The position numbers and the translations under genes are program-made. 64,000 nucleotides of DNA, taken from positions 64,001-128,000 of the IMG/VR virus record IMGVR_UViG_3300013121_000044; one strand, given 5' to 3'. The stretch is from a virus (lineage: Duplodnaviria > Caudoviricetes). The stretch's first letter is position 1. The number at the start of each line of letters is the position of its first letter. This document shows positions 56,107-64,000 of this stretch, one piece after another. The notes below the pieces were generated by a model. It was not told the DNA's origin. It saw nothing but the letters and a program-made list of their open reading frames with translations, and did not search any database.

Positions 56107-56735
56107 AACAATTCGCCGGACCGTTCGACAACCTGGAGACTGACATCCTCGCGGGGATGGCGAACCTCTTCTGGTGGGAGGCGTGGGCCCATCACCAAGA
56201 CGAGCTTCACGAAGAGGGTCTTCCGCACGCAAACCTCGCAGGCGCGGAGATCGCGCACGTCGCCGACGATCCGTCGGAAATCCAGCGAATCGACATCGAG
56301 AATCACGTCAAGGCAGTCCGAAAGAAGATCGAGGCCGCGAACCACGCCAAGCTCCCGACGCTCTACAAGCGCGCCATCGAGGCGAATCGGAAGGCGGCCG
56401 AGAAGGAAGGTACGCCGTACATCCCCGGAGCGCGAGCGAGCGAAGATCAATTCGGCTCCTGTCTCGCGCACATGTCCATGGGCACGGGCGTGTCGTGGTT
56501 CGACGACAACGAGAAGTTCGACCTGGAGGTGCCCTACAGCGAATACGGGTCGTGCTATCTGACGTGGGAAGGACCTGACGCGGACACCGCGATCAAGGCG
56601 TATCTCGCACGCACGAAGAAAAGCTCCCAGGATCCAGAGGAACTCCTCCAGCTCCTCACCGAGTTCCTCGACGACAAGAAGCTCGGCGGCGACCTCCACG
56701 AGTTTCTCCTCACCAAGACGGGAGGTCGTCGGTGA
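56097..56735 (+). CDS. Hypothetical protein
   Basis: FG..LA..SMG.GV.WFD motif. Confidence 0.6.
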   Translation: MGMKQFAGPFDNLETDILAGMANLFWWEAWAHHQDELHEEGLPHANLAGAEIAHVADDPSEIQRIDIENHVKAVRKKIEAANHAKLPTLYKRAIEANRKAAEKEGTPYIPGARASEDQFGSCLAHMSMGTGVSWFDDNEKFDLEVPYSEYGSCYLTWEGPDADTAIKAYLARTKKSSQDPEELLQLLTEFLDDKKLGGDLHEFLLTKTGGRR

Positions 56736-57031
56736 TCGTTCACTCCCTCCGATTCGAGGGGAGCGCGGAGGCGTTCCGGGCTCTCGCACGCGTCTCGGTT
56801 CACTTCCACTGGACTGAACGACTCACGGCCAAGCTCGATCGCGAAGAGATGACGATCCGCGTGTGCGCGACCTGCCGAGACCCCAAGACGAGGCGCTGTA
56901 CGCGCGTCTACCGAACGGGCCTCCTTCGCGTCACGGACTGGTCGGAGACCTGTTCGGGGTGCTGCTGCACCTCGTACGAGGTCGCCTTCAAAGGCCCGGA
57001 CGGTCGCTATCCCCCTCTGCCACCTCGCTAA
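56732..57031 (+). CDS. Cys-rich hypothetical protein
   Basis: Part of a chain of overlapping ORFs. Confidence 0.5.
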   Translation: MIVHSLRFEGSAEAFRALARVSVHFHWTERLTAKLDREEMTIRVCATCRDPKTRRCTRVYRTGLLRVTDWSETCSGCCCTSYEVAFKGPDGRYPPLPPR

Positions 57032-57042
57032 TCCCCATTCTG

Positions 57043-57087
57043 ACGAAAGACGCGCGGCGCCGGGTGCGTCGCGCTCGCTTTCGTTTA
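57043..57087 (+). terminator. Probable terminator
   Basis: Imperfect GC stem followed by TTTCGTTT. Confidence 0.5.
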
Positions 57088-57109
57088 GCTAAGAAGGTAA
57101 ACTGTCGTC

Positions 57110-57709
57110 ATGAGTCTTCCGGAAAAAGGACGTGTGTATGAACTGCCCGCACGTGGGCGCCTTCTCGTCACAGGCTTCAGTCACGTCATGGTCGATTTCG
57201 TGTCCGAGGACGGCACCGTGGCAGGCGAGCTGCCGCTCGATGAGTGGGAGAAGGTGGTAGCCCCCACAGGGCGCCCCTCCTGGGACGACTACTTCATCCA
57301 GCTCTGTCACCTCGTGGCGACGCGGGCGACCTGCGACCGCAAGCACGTCGGAGCCGTGATCGTTCGAGACCGCAGGATCCTCGCCACCGGGTACAACGGT
57401 TCCCCACCCGGCACTCCCCACTGCGACGACGTGGGGCACGACCTCGTGAAGCTCGCAGACGGGTCCGTCAACTGCGTCCGAACGATCCACGCCGAGGCGA
57501 ACGCCATCCTCCAGGCCGCCCGATACGGCGTATCCCTCCAAGGGACGGACCTCTACACGAACACCTACCCCTGCTGGGCGTGCGCGAAGATGATCCTGGG
57601 CGCGGGGATTACACGCGTCGTCTTCGACGCGGACTACCGGATGGACGCGCGCGTCAACGAAGCGTTCGTGGCGAAGAGCGTCAAGCTGGAGCGGTACAAG
57701 ATCGCGTGA
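57110..57709 (+). CDS. dCMP deaminase (ComEB-like) with N-terminal extension
   Basis: RPSWDDYF, ATGYNG, HAEANA, PCWAC. Confidence 0.93.
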   Translation: MSLPEKGRVYELPARGRLLVTGFSHVMVDFVSEDGTVAGELPLDEWEKVVAPTGRPSWDDYFIQLCHLVATRATCDRKHVGAVIVRDRRILATGYNGSPPGTPHCDDVGHDLVKLADGSVNCVRTIHAEANAILQAARYGVSLQGTDLYTNTYPCWACAKMILGAGITRVVFDADYRMDARVNEAFVAKSVKLERYKIA

Positions 57710-57718
57710 AGGAGGTTC

Positions 57719-57940
57719 GTGATGATTCAAGTCGGGGATGAGTGGACGCGCGGCGTCTTCAAGAACGACGGACGGATCGACGGCGAAAGGCGGGTGAAGG
57801 TCCTCGCCATCGAGGGGACCAACGTGCTCATCGAGGAGATCGAGCAGCCCGCGCACAAGGAGTACGGGCACCCGCGACGGTGGGTGCCGAGCGCCGCGTT
57901 CATCGACGATAGCGCGGAGTTCTTCGGGAGGGAGACGTGA
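57719..57940 (+). CDS. Small hypothetical protein
   Basis: SD AAGGAGG. Confidence 0.6.
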   Translation: MMIQVGDEWTRGVFKNDGRIDGERRVKVLAIEGTNVLIEEIEQPAHKEYGHPRRWVPSAAFIDDSAEFFGRET

Positions 57941-59142
57941 CGACGCGCACCTGGACGATCCAGATGGACTGGCGCTGCAAGCACTGCGGCACCCGATGCC
58001 CCGGCATGTCCGGGGAGGAGCGCGAGAGCCTCCGGTGCACGCACTGCGGCGCCGAGAAGACGGACGAGGAGTGGCTCATGCCCGACTCGCCCGAGACGGC
58101 CCCCGCGCTCACCGGGGAGCTCGACCAGAAGGCGCGCGCGGGCGCCAACTGGACCTGCACGTACTGCAAGGCCGAGAGCCGCGCGGGGGCGAAGAGGTGC
58201 GAGGTGTGCGGCGCCGAGAGGTCCGTGGAAGTCGCATCGGCATCCGTCATCGTACGCCGTACGCCCGTCCCCGAAGAGGCGGTTCGCTCCGACGGACCCT
58301 ACCGAGCCCCGCCCACGCCCGCCCCCTGGCCGCGCCTCGTCGTCGACGAAGAGAGGGCGCTTCCGGTGACCCCCTGGTGGAAGGCCGTTTTCCCGGTCGT
58401 GGGAGCGGTCCTCGCAATCGTCCTCGTCACCGTCTTCTTCGGTTGGCTCTTCACGCCGAACGAAGCGGTGGCCGTGGTCGCCAAGATGACGTGGTCGAGG
58501 GAGCGTCGCTTGGAGGAACGACACGCCTACGAGGGGGAGGGGTGGCGGAAGAACGCCCCCTCGGGCGTCTTCTCCTGGGACCACTGCGAGACGCGGCAGT
58601 CGGGGATGGAGAACTGCCACCCCCACCGTTGCCGGTGTCACGATGTGTCCTACTCGTGCCGTTGCACGGGAGGCACGAGCTACTCCTGCAACTGTCGTCG
58701 GTCGTGCTCGACGCGATGCTCGTCGAACCGGAACGGTGCGGCGACGTGCTCGGAGTCGTGTTCGACGAGCTGCGCGACGTGCACGACGCCACGTGTCTGC
58801 TCGACGTGTTCCCGCACGGAATGCGACACGTGCTACGACCAGTGCCCCGTCTACGAGGACTGGTGCCGGTACCGCTATCACCAGTGGGACGAGCTTCGGC
58901 GACTTCGGACAGCAGGCGAGGGGACGGTGTGCGTCTGGCCTGCGCTCGACGCGACGACGCCCCTTCAGCGACTCCACTCCGAGGAGCACTACACCGTGCG
59001 CTTCGACGACACGAGGTCCGACCGGCGGTGGGTCCGCACCTACGACGACTACGCGCGCTACGCGCGCTTCGAGACAGGCCAGCGCTGGCGCATCGAATGG
59101 ACGCGCGCGGGGGGGTTCAACCTCAAAGGGCGCGCTCCGTGA
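57937..59142 (+). CDS. RanBP2-type zinc-finger membrane protein with Cys-rich extracytoplasmic domain
   Basis: WRCKHC...CTHC and WTCTYC...CEVC, one transmembrane helix, Cys-rich repeats. Confidence 0.75.
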   Translation: MTTRTWTIQMDWRCKHCGTRCPGMSGEERESLRCTHCGAEKTDEEWLMPDSPETAPALTGELDQKARAGANWTCTYCKAESRAGAKRCEVCGAERSVEVASASVIVRRTPVPEEAVRSDGPYRAPPTPAPWPRLVVDEERALPVTPWWKAVFPVVGAVLAIVLVTVFFGWLFTPNEAVAVVAKMTWSRERRLEERHAYEGEGWRKNAPSGVFSWDHCETRQSGMENCHPHRCRCHDVSYSCRCTGGTSYSCNCRRSCSTRCSSNRNGAATCSESCSTSCATCTTPRVCSTCSRTECDTCYDQCPVYEDWCRYRYHQWDELRRLRTAGEGTVCVWPALDATTPLQRLHSEEHYTVRFDDTRSDRRWVRTYDDYARYARFETGQRWRIEWTRAGGFNLKGRAP

Positions 59143-59843
59143 GTGCTGTGTCGTGCGTGTGCGGCCGTCTCCAACAGAGTCTGGAACGGCTCCAGAAGGA
59201 CACCCAACGAACGCTCGATCAGGCAGAGCAAGCAAGACGCGACGCACAAAGCCTCGCCTCTGTCCGAGGCATCACGATCAAAGGTCTCCAACAGAGTCTG
59301 GAACGGCTCCAGAAGGAAGTCACGACCATGAACGACAAGAACACGCAGCCCCCCGCCACCCCGTCTCTCCTCCAGAAGATGGCGGCCTCTCCGGCCGTCC
59401 AGACGCTCGCCTCCGATGCCGACGCCGCCGCGTGGCGGATCGCAGGGAATCAGCTCGTCAAGCTGGTCAAGGAGCCGGCGATCGCGCTCCTCCAGCGCGG
59501 CCTCGGGGGAGAAGGGGATGACACGCTGCGCGAACGCATCGCCCGCTTCCTCGACACCGAGATCGGAGTGGCTCTCTTCTCGGCACTGATCTCGGCGGGC
59601 CTCCTCGTGCTTCCCACGAACGATCCGGTCGTCAAGCGGCTCGCGCAAGAGCTGCGGATCAAGTTCATGGCCGGCGCAGGCGACGTGGTCGCCGACGTGT
59701 TCATGGGGCCTCTCCGTCAGGTGGCCGCCATGTACCTCCAGGGCGTGCCGACGGAGACCTCCCCCGCGCCGCTGCCCAACGGCGAGGGTGTGCCCGGCGC
59801 GGACTTCAGCCAGACGGCGCGGCACGGGCACGAGGTCGGCTGA
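59139..59843 (+). CDS. Hypothetical protein (alternative start 59328)
   Basis: GTGA overlap; contains LQQSLERLQK twice. Confidence 0.55.
   Translation: MSAVSCVCGRLQQSLERLQKDTQRTLDQAEQARRDAQSLASVRGITIKGLQQSLERLQKEVTTMNDKNTQPPATPSLLQKMAASPAVQTLASDADAAAWRIAGNQLVKLVKEPAIALLQRGLGGEGDDTLRERIARFLDTEIGVALFSALISAGLLVLPTNDPVVKRLAQELRIKFMAGAGDVVADVFMGPLRQVAAMYLQGVPTETSPAPLPNGEGVPGADFSQTARHGHEVG
59167..59317 (+). repeat. 34-bp perfect direct repeat, two copies (59167-59200, 59284-59317)
   Basis: GTCTCCAACAGAGTCTGGAACGGCTCCAGAAGGA. Confidence 0.9.
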
Positions 59844-61088
59844 ATGCTGTTCGCGTCTGAGGACCTCCCCCTCCACCACACGTACTTCAAGGACGTGTTG
59901 ACCTCGGACGGGGGGGTCCTGGGACACTACCGGCGCGTGGCGCGCGGACTCGTGCGTTACTACCGCGAGTCCGTGCGTCCCGCGTTTCCGGGACTCCCCG
60001 CAGAAATCCCTCAAGACATGCTGGGGGAGCTGCTGGGGTTGAACTTCGTAAACCCCGTGCTGAGAAAGCTCCCAGAGCCTCGGCTTACGGAGACGAGCGA
60101 GATGGTCCACTGGTTGCTCTCGTGGCGCCAAGTGGGCGCACCCACGTTTCAACTTTCGCACTCGCTCGCCAGCGCACTCCTCCTCACGGACCCCTCGAAC
60201 GTCGTATTCGAGGACCTGCCCTGGCCCTACGACAGTTTTGTCCTGACGCTCCCGCATCCCAAGGGCCCTGTGCTTTTTACGGATGTCGAAGGAAGGGAGA
60301 TGGAGGGGCGCTACGTCGTGGTCCATCGCTACCGCGCCCCCATCGGACAAGACCTGCACCGTTACGGGCAGGAATTCATCGACCGCGTGAACACGATGGT
60401 CGGGCGCCTCCGCACGCAAGGTACAGATCAACCGGTACCGGTCAACGTCGCGGGACTCGATCCGCGTCTCCCAGTATGGGGTCCCTACCACTACCGCACA
60501 CACGTGCGGATCGTGTCTGAAACAGGCGTCAGTCTGTACAACCGATCCTTCTGGCCCGCGCAGGAGCCGGATAGTCGAGAGGCCGTTCGGCCGTGGGTCG
60601 CAGCCGAAGAGGGCAGTGAGTACGCCGTGCTCACACGCACCGACCGTGACGCCGTCAAGGCGGTGAATCGCATCGTCGCCAATCTCTCCCTCTATCTCGC
60701 AACCTTGTCGCAGAACAAACGTCCTGCGGAGAAGAAGCGACGCGGAGTGAACCCCGAGACGCGCGATGAGGGGTACGACCTCTACGAGGTCCCCCTGGTG
60801 GACCCCGAGAAGGGCACCGTGATCAAACTCGACCCCGCCTTGCGCGAAGCAGCGGCGAGCTGGTGTCGAGAAGGACATGATCCAAAACGTTGGTCCCTGT
60901 CCTCGCGGGTCGCCGTCATCGGGCACTGGAAACAAGTGCCCTACGGGCCGATGAAACCCCCCGAGGGGGTCTCCGACTGGAAGCGCCCGACGCGACGTAA
61001 GTGGATCGCGCCTTACAAACGTGGGCCCGACGCGGCGGAGACCGTCACCAAGACCTACCGGGCCGAGGGGCCCCCGGGGAAGACATGA
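59844..61088 (+). CDS. Hypothetical phage protein
   Basis: C-terminal V.GHW.....GP...R.WI.PY..G motif. Confidence 0.7.
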   Translation: MLFASEDLPLHHTYFKDVLTSDGGVLGHYRRVARGLVRYYRESVRPAFPGLPAEIPQDMLGELLGLNFVNPVLRKLPEPRLTETSEMVHWLLSWRQVGAPTFQLSHSLASALLLTDPSNVVFEDLPWPYDSFVLTLPHPKGPVLFTDVEGREMEGRYVVVHRYRAPIGQDLHRYGQEFIDRVNTMVGRLRTQGTDQPVPVNVAGLDPRLPVWGPYHYRTHVRIVSETGVSLYNRSFWPAQEPDSREAVRPWVAAEEGSEYAVLTRTDRDAVKAVNRIVANLSLYLATLSQNKRPAEKKRRGVNPETRDEGYDLYEVPLVDPEKGTVIKLDPALREAAASWCREGHDPKRWSLSSRVAVIGHWKQVPYGPMKPPEGVSDWKRPTRRKWIAPYKRGPDAAETVTKTYRAEGPPGKT

Positions 61089-61885
61089 CGCCTGAAGAAA
61101 GACTCGCTACGTGCACGACAACGTGCGCCGCGTGCGGCAAGGACCTCGTCAAACCCTACAAGAAGAGCGAGGTGGCGTCCGCACTCGAACACGCAGACCG
61201 GGAGACGCGGGCGCGCGTCGCGCAGTTCCGCGAGGGCGTCGCAGTTCGTGTCTCCACGCTCGATCTCACAGGCACGGACTTCGCGCTCGTGGTCTGCCCA
61301 GGACGCTATGAGCGAATCGCCTCCGAGGTGTGTCGCGTCAAGGCGCTCCAGAAGCACGCGGCGTGCCCTGTGTGTGGGGGCGAAAAGGACTACCGCCATC
61401 CCTGGCCGCTCCCCTGTGCGACCTGTACGACGTACGCCGCAGACGGCTACGCCCGGGACAAGCTCAACCAGGAGCGCGGCGAGAAGCACGCGGTCTTCCT
61501 CTACACCCACATCGACGGTCTCTGGGCGAACTCTCACGACGACCGGCGTCTCTCCGAGGTCATGCGGAACTTCTTCACCGTCTTCGGTGTCGAGGAGCCG
61601 CAAAAGCCCGTCGAGAAGACGGTCGGGTGGTACGACAGCGGCTGGAACGAGCCGGAAGGCGTGAAGGTTCTCCTCGACGACAAGCAAATCGCAGCCGTGA
61701 CCCGCCTCTTTCGATGGTTGAACCTCACGGTCGCCAAAGCCCGAGAGGATGCCCTGCGGGACGGGTCGAGCCTCCTCCACAAGCTCGTCCATGGGCAGAT
61801 CACCATGGACGCGCTCACCGACGAAATCACCGAGCGCGTCAAGCGTTACCGTACGACGGCCGACAAGATCGAGAAGGAGAAGTGA
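61085..61885 (+). CDS. Zinc-finger hypothetical protein
   Basis: Several CxxC pairs. Confidence 0.6.
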   Translation: MTPEERLATCTTTCAACGKDLVKPYKKSEVASALEHADRETRARVAQFREGVAVRVSTLDLTGTDFALVVCPGRYERIASEVCRVKALQKHAACPVCGGEKDYRHPWPLPCATCTTYAADGYARDKLNQERGEKHAVFLYTHIDGLWANSHDDRRLSEVMRNFFTVFGVEEPQKPVEKTVGWYDSGWNEPEGVKVLLDDKQIAAVTRLFRWLNLTVAKAREDALRDGSSLLHKLVHGQITMDALTDEITERVKRYRTTADKIEKEK

Positions 61886-61886
61886 C

Positions 61887-62192
61887 ATGCCCTGTGGGGG
61901 AATTTATCCCATCGCCGGATCCTGGGTCGCGCCCTACGCGGACAGGAGGATGCGATGCTTCCACTGTAACAAAGAGGACACCGACCTCTGGTGCGAAGAA
62001 TGGGACGCACCTCTCCACCGCGCCTGCGTCGAGGCGTTCCTCCGGACTCCCGATGGTGAGATCGTCGTTCAACACGGCCACTCGATCGTGCTCGAACCGA
62101 ACGGCCCCGAAGTGTTCTGGGACGACGCGAACCACGAGCTCCGTGACGCCTCGGGCGTGCGTATCTTCCCGGATATCTCCCGCCTCAACTGA
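61887..62192 (+). CDS. Small Cys-rich protein
   Basis: MPCGG, CFHC; SD AAGGAG. Confidence 0.55.
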   Translation: MPCGGIYPIAGSWVAPYADRRMRCFHCNKEDTDLWCEEWDAPLHRACVEAFLRTPDGEIVVQHGHSIVLEPNGPEVFWDDANHELRDASGVRIFPDISRLN

Positions 62193-62290
62193 CCCGGGCG
62201 GCGTGCGGCCGTTGTCGCACGCCGCCGCCCCTCCCCTCGCTTTGGCCCGGAATACGGCGTATCGGGTAGAAGCACGTGGAGGTAACCCCT

Positions 62291-63058
62291 GTGACCACGA
62301 AAGACGCGCGTACCCACCATCGCCAACTCCGGGATCTCTGGGAGGACGAAGATCCGCCGTCGAACTGGCGCCCCCGCATCAGCTCTACGGAGCTTCAGCA
62401 CCTCGTGTCGGAACTCTTCGTCTTCCACCGGGCGGCGGCGGTCACCCTCCACAGGCGCGACGGGGACCCCGTGCACCTCGACATCGAGCACCCGTATGGC
62501 GTCAACGCCTACGGCGGCCTCTACCGGAGGCTTCAGCAACGAATGAGCGAACGAAGCGGCTTCACGTACGCCGTGAGGCCCAGTCACACAAAAAGGGAAT
62601 CGGTCATGCGCGATCTCACCCACCGCACGTGTCCTGTGACACCTGCCCCCTACACCCTCCCTTCCTCCTATCAAGGGGGAATCGCCCGGACGGGCCTCCT
62701 CTGGACCTATCTCGACGCGACCGAAGATCGCGTGGTCCAGGCGCGCACCTACGACCCCGAGGCTCTGGCCGTGATCGGTCCCTACGCCGGGGACATGGTG
62801 GTCATGAACTGGGGCGGGGGTCGCCTCACGACGGGGGCGTTCCCGCAGTGCGCCGACTGCATGCTCGCCGGGAAGTTCGTCGTCCCGAGGTTCTACGAAC
62901 GATCCGTGCCGAACTGGTGGCTCCACGTCGGAGCCTACTGCGCCGCGCACGCGCGCGAGCAGGGCTACCCCCCGGAGGTGTTCCGCGAGCTGCGTTGGTC
63001 GGGGGCTGACCTCGTTTGTTCTGCGTGGGACAATCACGCATCCCCCCTCAAGAGGTGA
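62291..63058 (+). CDS. Hypothetical protein
   Basis: SD GGAGG before GTG 62291. Confidence 0.55.
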   Translation: MTTKDARTHHRQLRDLWEDEDPPSNWRPRISSTELQHLVSELFVFHRAAAVTLHRRDGDPVHLDIEHPYGVNAYGGLYRRLQQRMSERSGFTYAVRPSHTKRESVMRDLTHRTCPVTPAPYTLPSSYQGGIARTGLLWTYLDATEDRVVQARTYDPEALAVIGPYAGDMVVMNWGGGRLTTGAFPQCADCMLAGKFVVPRFYERSVPNWWLHVGAYCAAHAREQGYPPEVFRELRWSGADLVCSAWDNHASPLKR

Positions 63059-63061
63059 CGC

Positions 63062-63370
63062 ATGGGCACGCTTCAAAAGCCCGAGACCGGGGACGAGTTC
63101 CCCATGAGCTACGAAGAGTTCCACTGCATGCTCGAAGGGACTAACTCCTGGGACCCGCACGTCGACGCGGACCCCTGTGAGGCTCTCTTCGGCTACGGCG
63201 CGCCCACCCTCACGTGGCCCGCGCTCTCCTATCTCCCCGCCGGAGATATGTACACCGACACTTGGATGTATGACCATCTTCAAGGGGTGGCCATTTGGGG
63301 TGCGGTGGGCGCGTGGATCGAGGACCCCGAAGACGCGGAGGAGACGGACGAAGAGGAGTGCCTCTCGTGA
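63062..63370 (+). CDS. Hypothetical protein
   Basis: YL.AGD.YT.T motif common in phages. Confidence 0.6.
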   Translation: MGTLQKPETGDEFPMSYEEFHCMLEGTNSWDPHVDADPCEALFGYGAPTLTWPALSYLPAGDMYTDTWMYDHLQGVAIWGAVGAWIEDPEDAEETDEEECLS

Positions 63371-63780
63371 GCGCCCTCCTCCGTCGCAGGCTCGGGGACG
63401 CACTCGAACGCCTCCATCCCTGCACCAGCAACACCTGTCCGCTCGCGGCGGCCCTCCGCGCGAAACTCTACCTCCACGCGGCCTACCTCGCCACGCGCGC
63501 GAGCGAGGGGCTCCTCGCCGAGGGCGACCCGGAAGGGATTCTCGACAAGTTCCAGGCGCTCTGCCCCACCCTGGGCGAGGACCCCGAAGCCCTCGCCGAG
63601 TCGGACCGCTTCTGTGAGATCCCGACCGTGGAATGCCCCGCGTGCGGGGCCGACGTGTTCCTCGACTTGGGAGACCCCAAGAAGTGCGACAACTGCGGGG
63701 TGGGGGAAACCGAAACCGTTCTCGGGAAGATCATCGAGATGATCGCCCGAGACATCCTTCGACAGGGAGAACAGTCATGA
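63367..63780 (+). CDS. Zinc-ribbon hypothetical protein
   Basis: CPAC...CDNC. Confidence 0.55.
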   Translation: MSALLRRRLGDALERLHPCTSNTCPLAAALRAKLYLHAAYLATRASEGLLAEGDPEGILDKFQALCPTLGEDPEALAESDRFCEIPTVECPACGADVFLDLGDPKKCDNCGVGETETVLGKIIEMIARDILRQGEQS

Positions 63781-64000
63781 AGTGTGAGATCCGGATCACC
63801 TCGATCACGGGGGATCCTCGCGAGGTGAGCGTTCGCGCGCTGCGCGCGTTCGCCGACGCGATCGAGTTCCACGGGCGCGATCCTACCACGCCCTTCGAGA
63901 TCACGATCGACGAGACGCCGCCGAGGCCCCCGCTCACGGAGGCTCAGAAGAGGGTGTACGGGGCCCTCGTCAAACACTACCAGGAGACCGGCCGCACCCC
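63777..64000 (+). CDS. Hypothetical protein (truncated; possible LexA-like HTH at window edge)
   Basis: LTEAQKRVY...YQETGRTP. Confidence 0.45.
   Translation, partial: MKCEIRITSITGDPREVSVRALRAFADAIEFHGRDPTTPFEITIDETPPRPPLTEAQKRVYGALVKHYQETGRT

Noticed and set aside
36850-57709. DNA hypermodification pathway
   Set aside because: The synthase is a canonical ThyX; no hydroxymethylase, glycosyltransferase, PurZ or 7-deazaguanine genes are seen in this window.
59167-59317. Mini CRISPR array
   Set aside because: Only two repeats, an 83-bp spacer, in-frame coding, no typical repeat end and no cas genes.
1-64000. Alternative genetic code or stop-codon recoding
   Set aside because: Genes are intact and tightly packed under the standard code, and all three stop codons are used.

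Overview
This is a 64-kb segment of a large, high-GC (roughly 68% by eye) contractile-tailed dsDNA phage. The host is probably a myxobacterium or similar multicellular bacterium, inferred from EAD1 domains and a Cys-rich lipoprotein. Bases 1-20.5 kb are a minus-strand tail/baseplate module: tail fibre, fibre connector, wedge, baseplate J-like, gp25-like, amidase-like protein, a phage sigma factor, a hub with an inserted M15-type peptidase, tape measure, and a tail-chaperone pair with a GGGTTTC -1 frameshift site. Bases 20.5-64 kb are mostly plus-strand replication and accessory genes: DinG, an intein-containing UvrD, a SNF2 fusion, ThyX, dCMP deaminase, dNMP kinase, a 5'-deoxyribonucleotidase, a GHKL-ATPase/zincin fusion, a DUF932-like protein and many small hypotheticals, with scattered minus-strand lysis/envelope genes. 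The main observations are: (1) a phage protein with an EAD1 death-like adaptor domain at each end, a candidate decoy against host EAD1-coupled conflict systems; (2) the palindrome TACG-N-CGTA repeated at least 33 times across the window; (3) TAnnnT-N6-start (leaderless-type) signals on many structural/late genes; (4) a perfect 135-bp in-frame segment shared by the hub and tape-measure genes; (5) a modular SNF2/unknown/membrane fusion protein. All family assignments are by motif recognition only; no searches were run.
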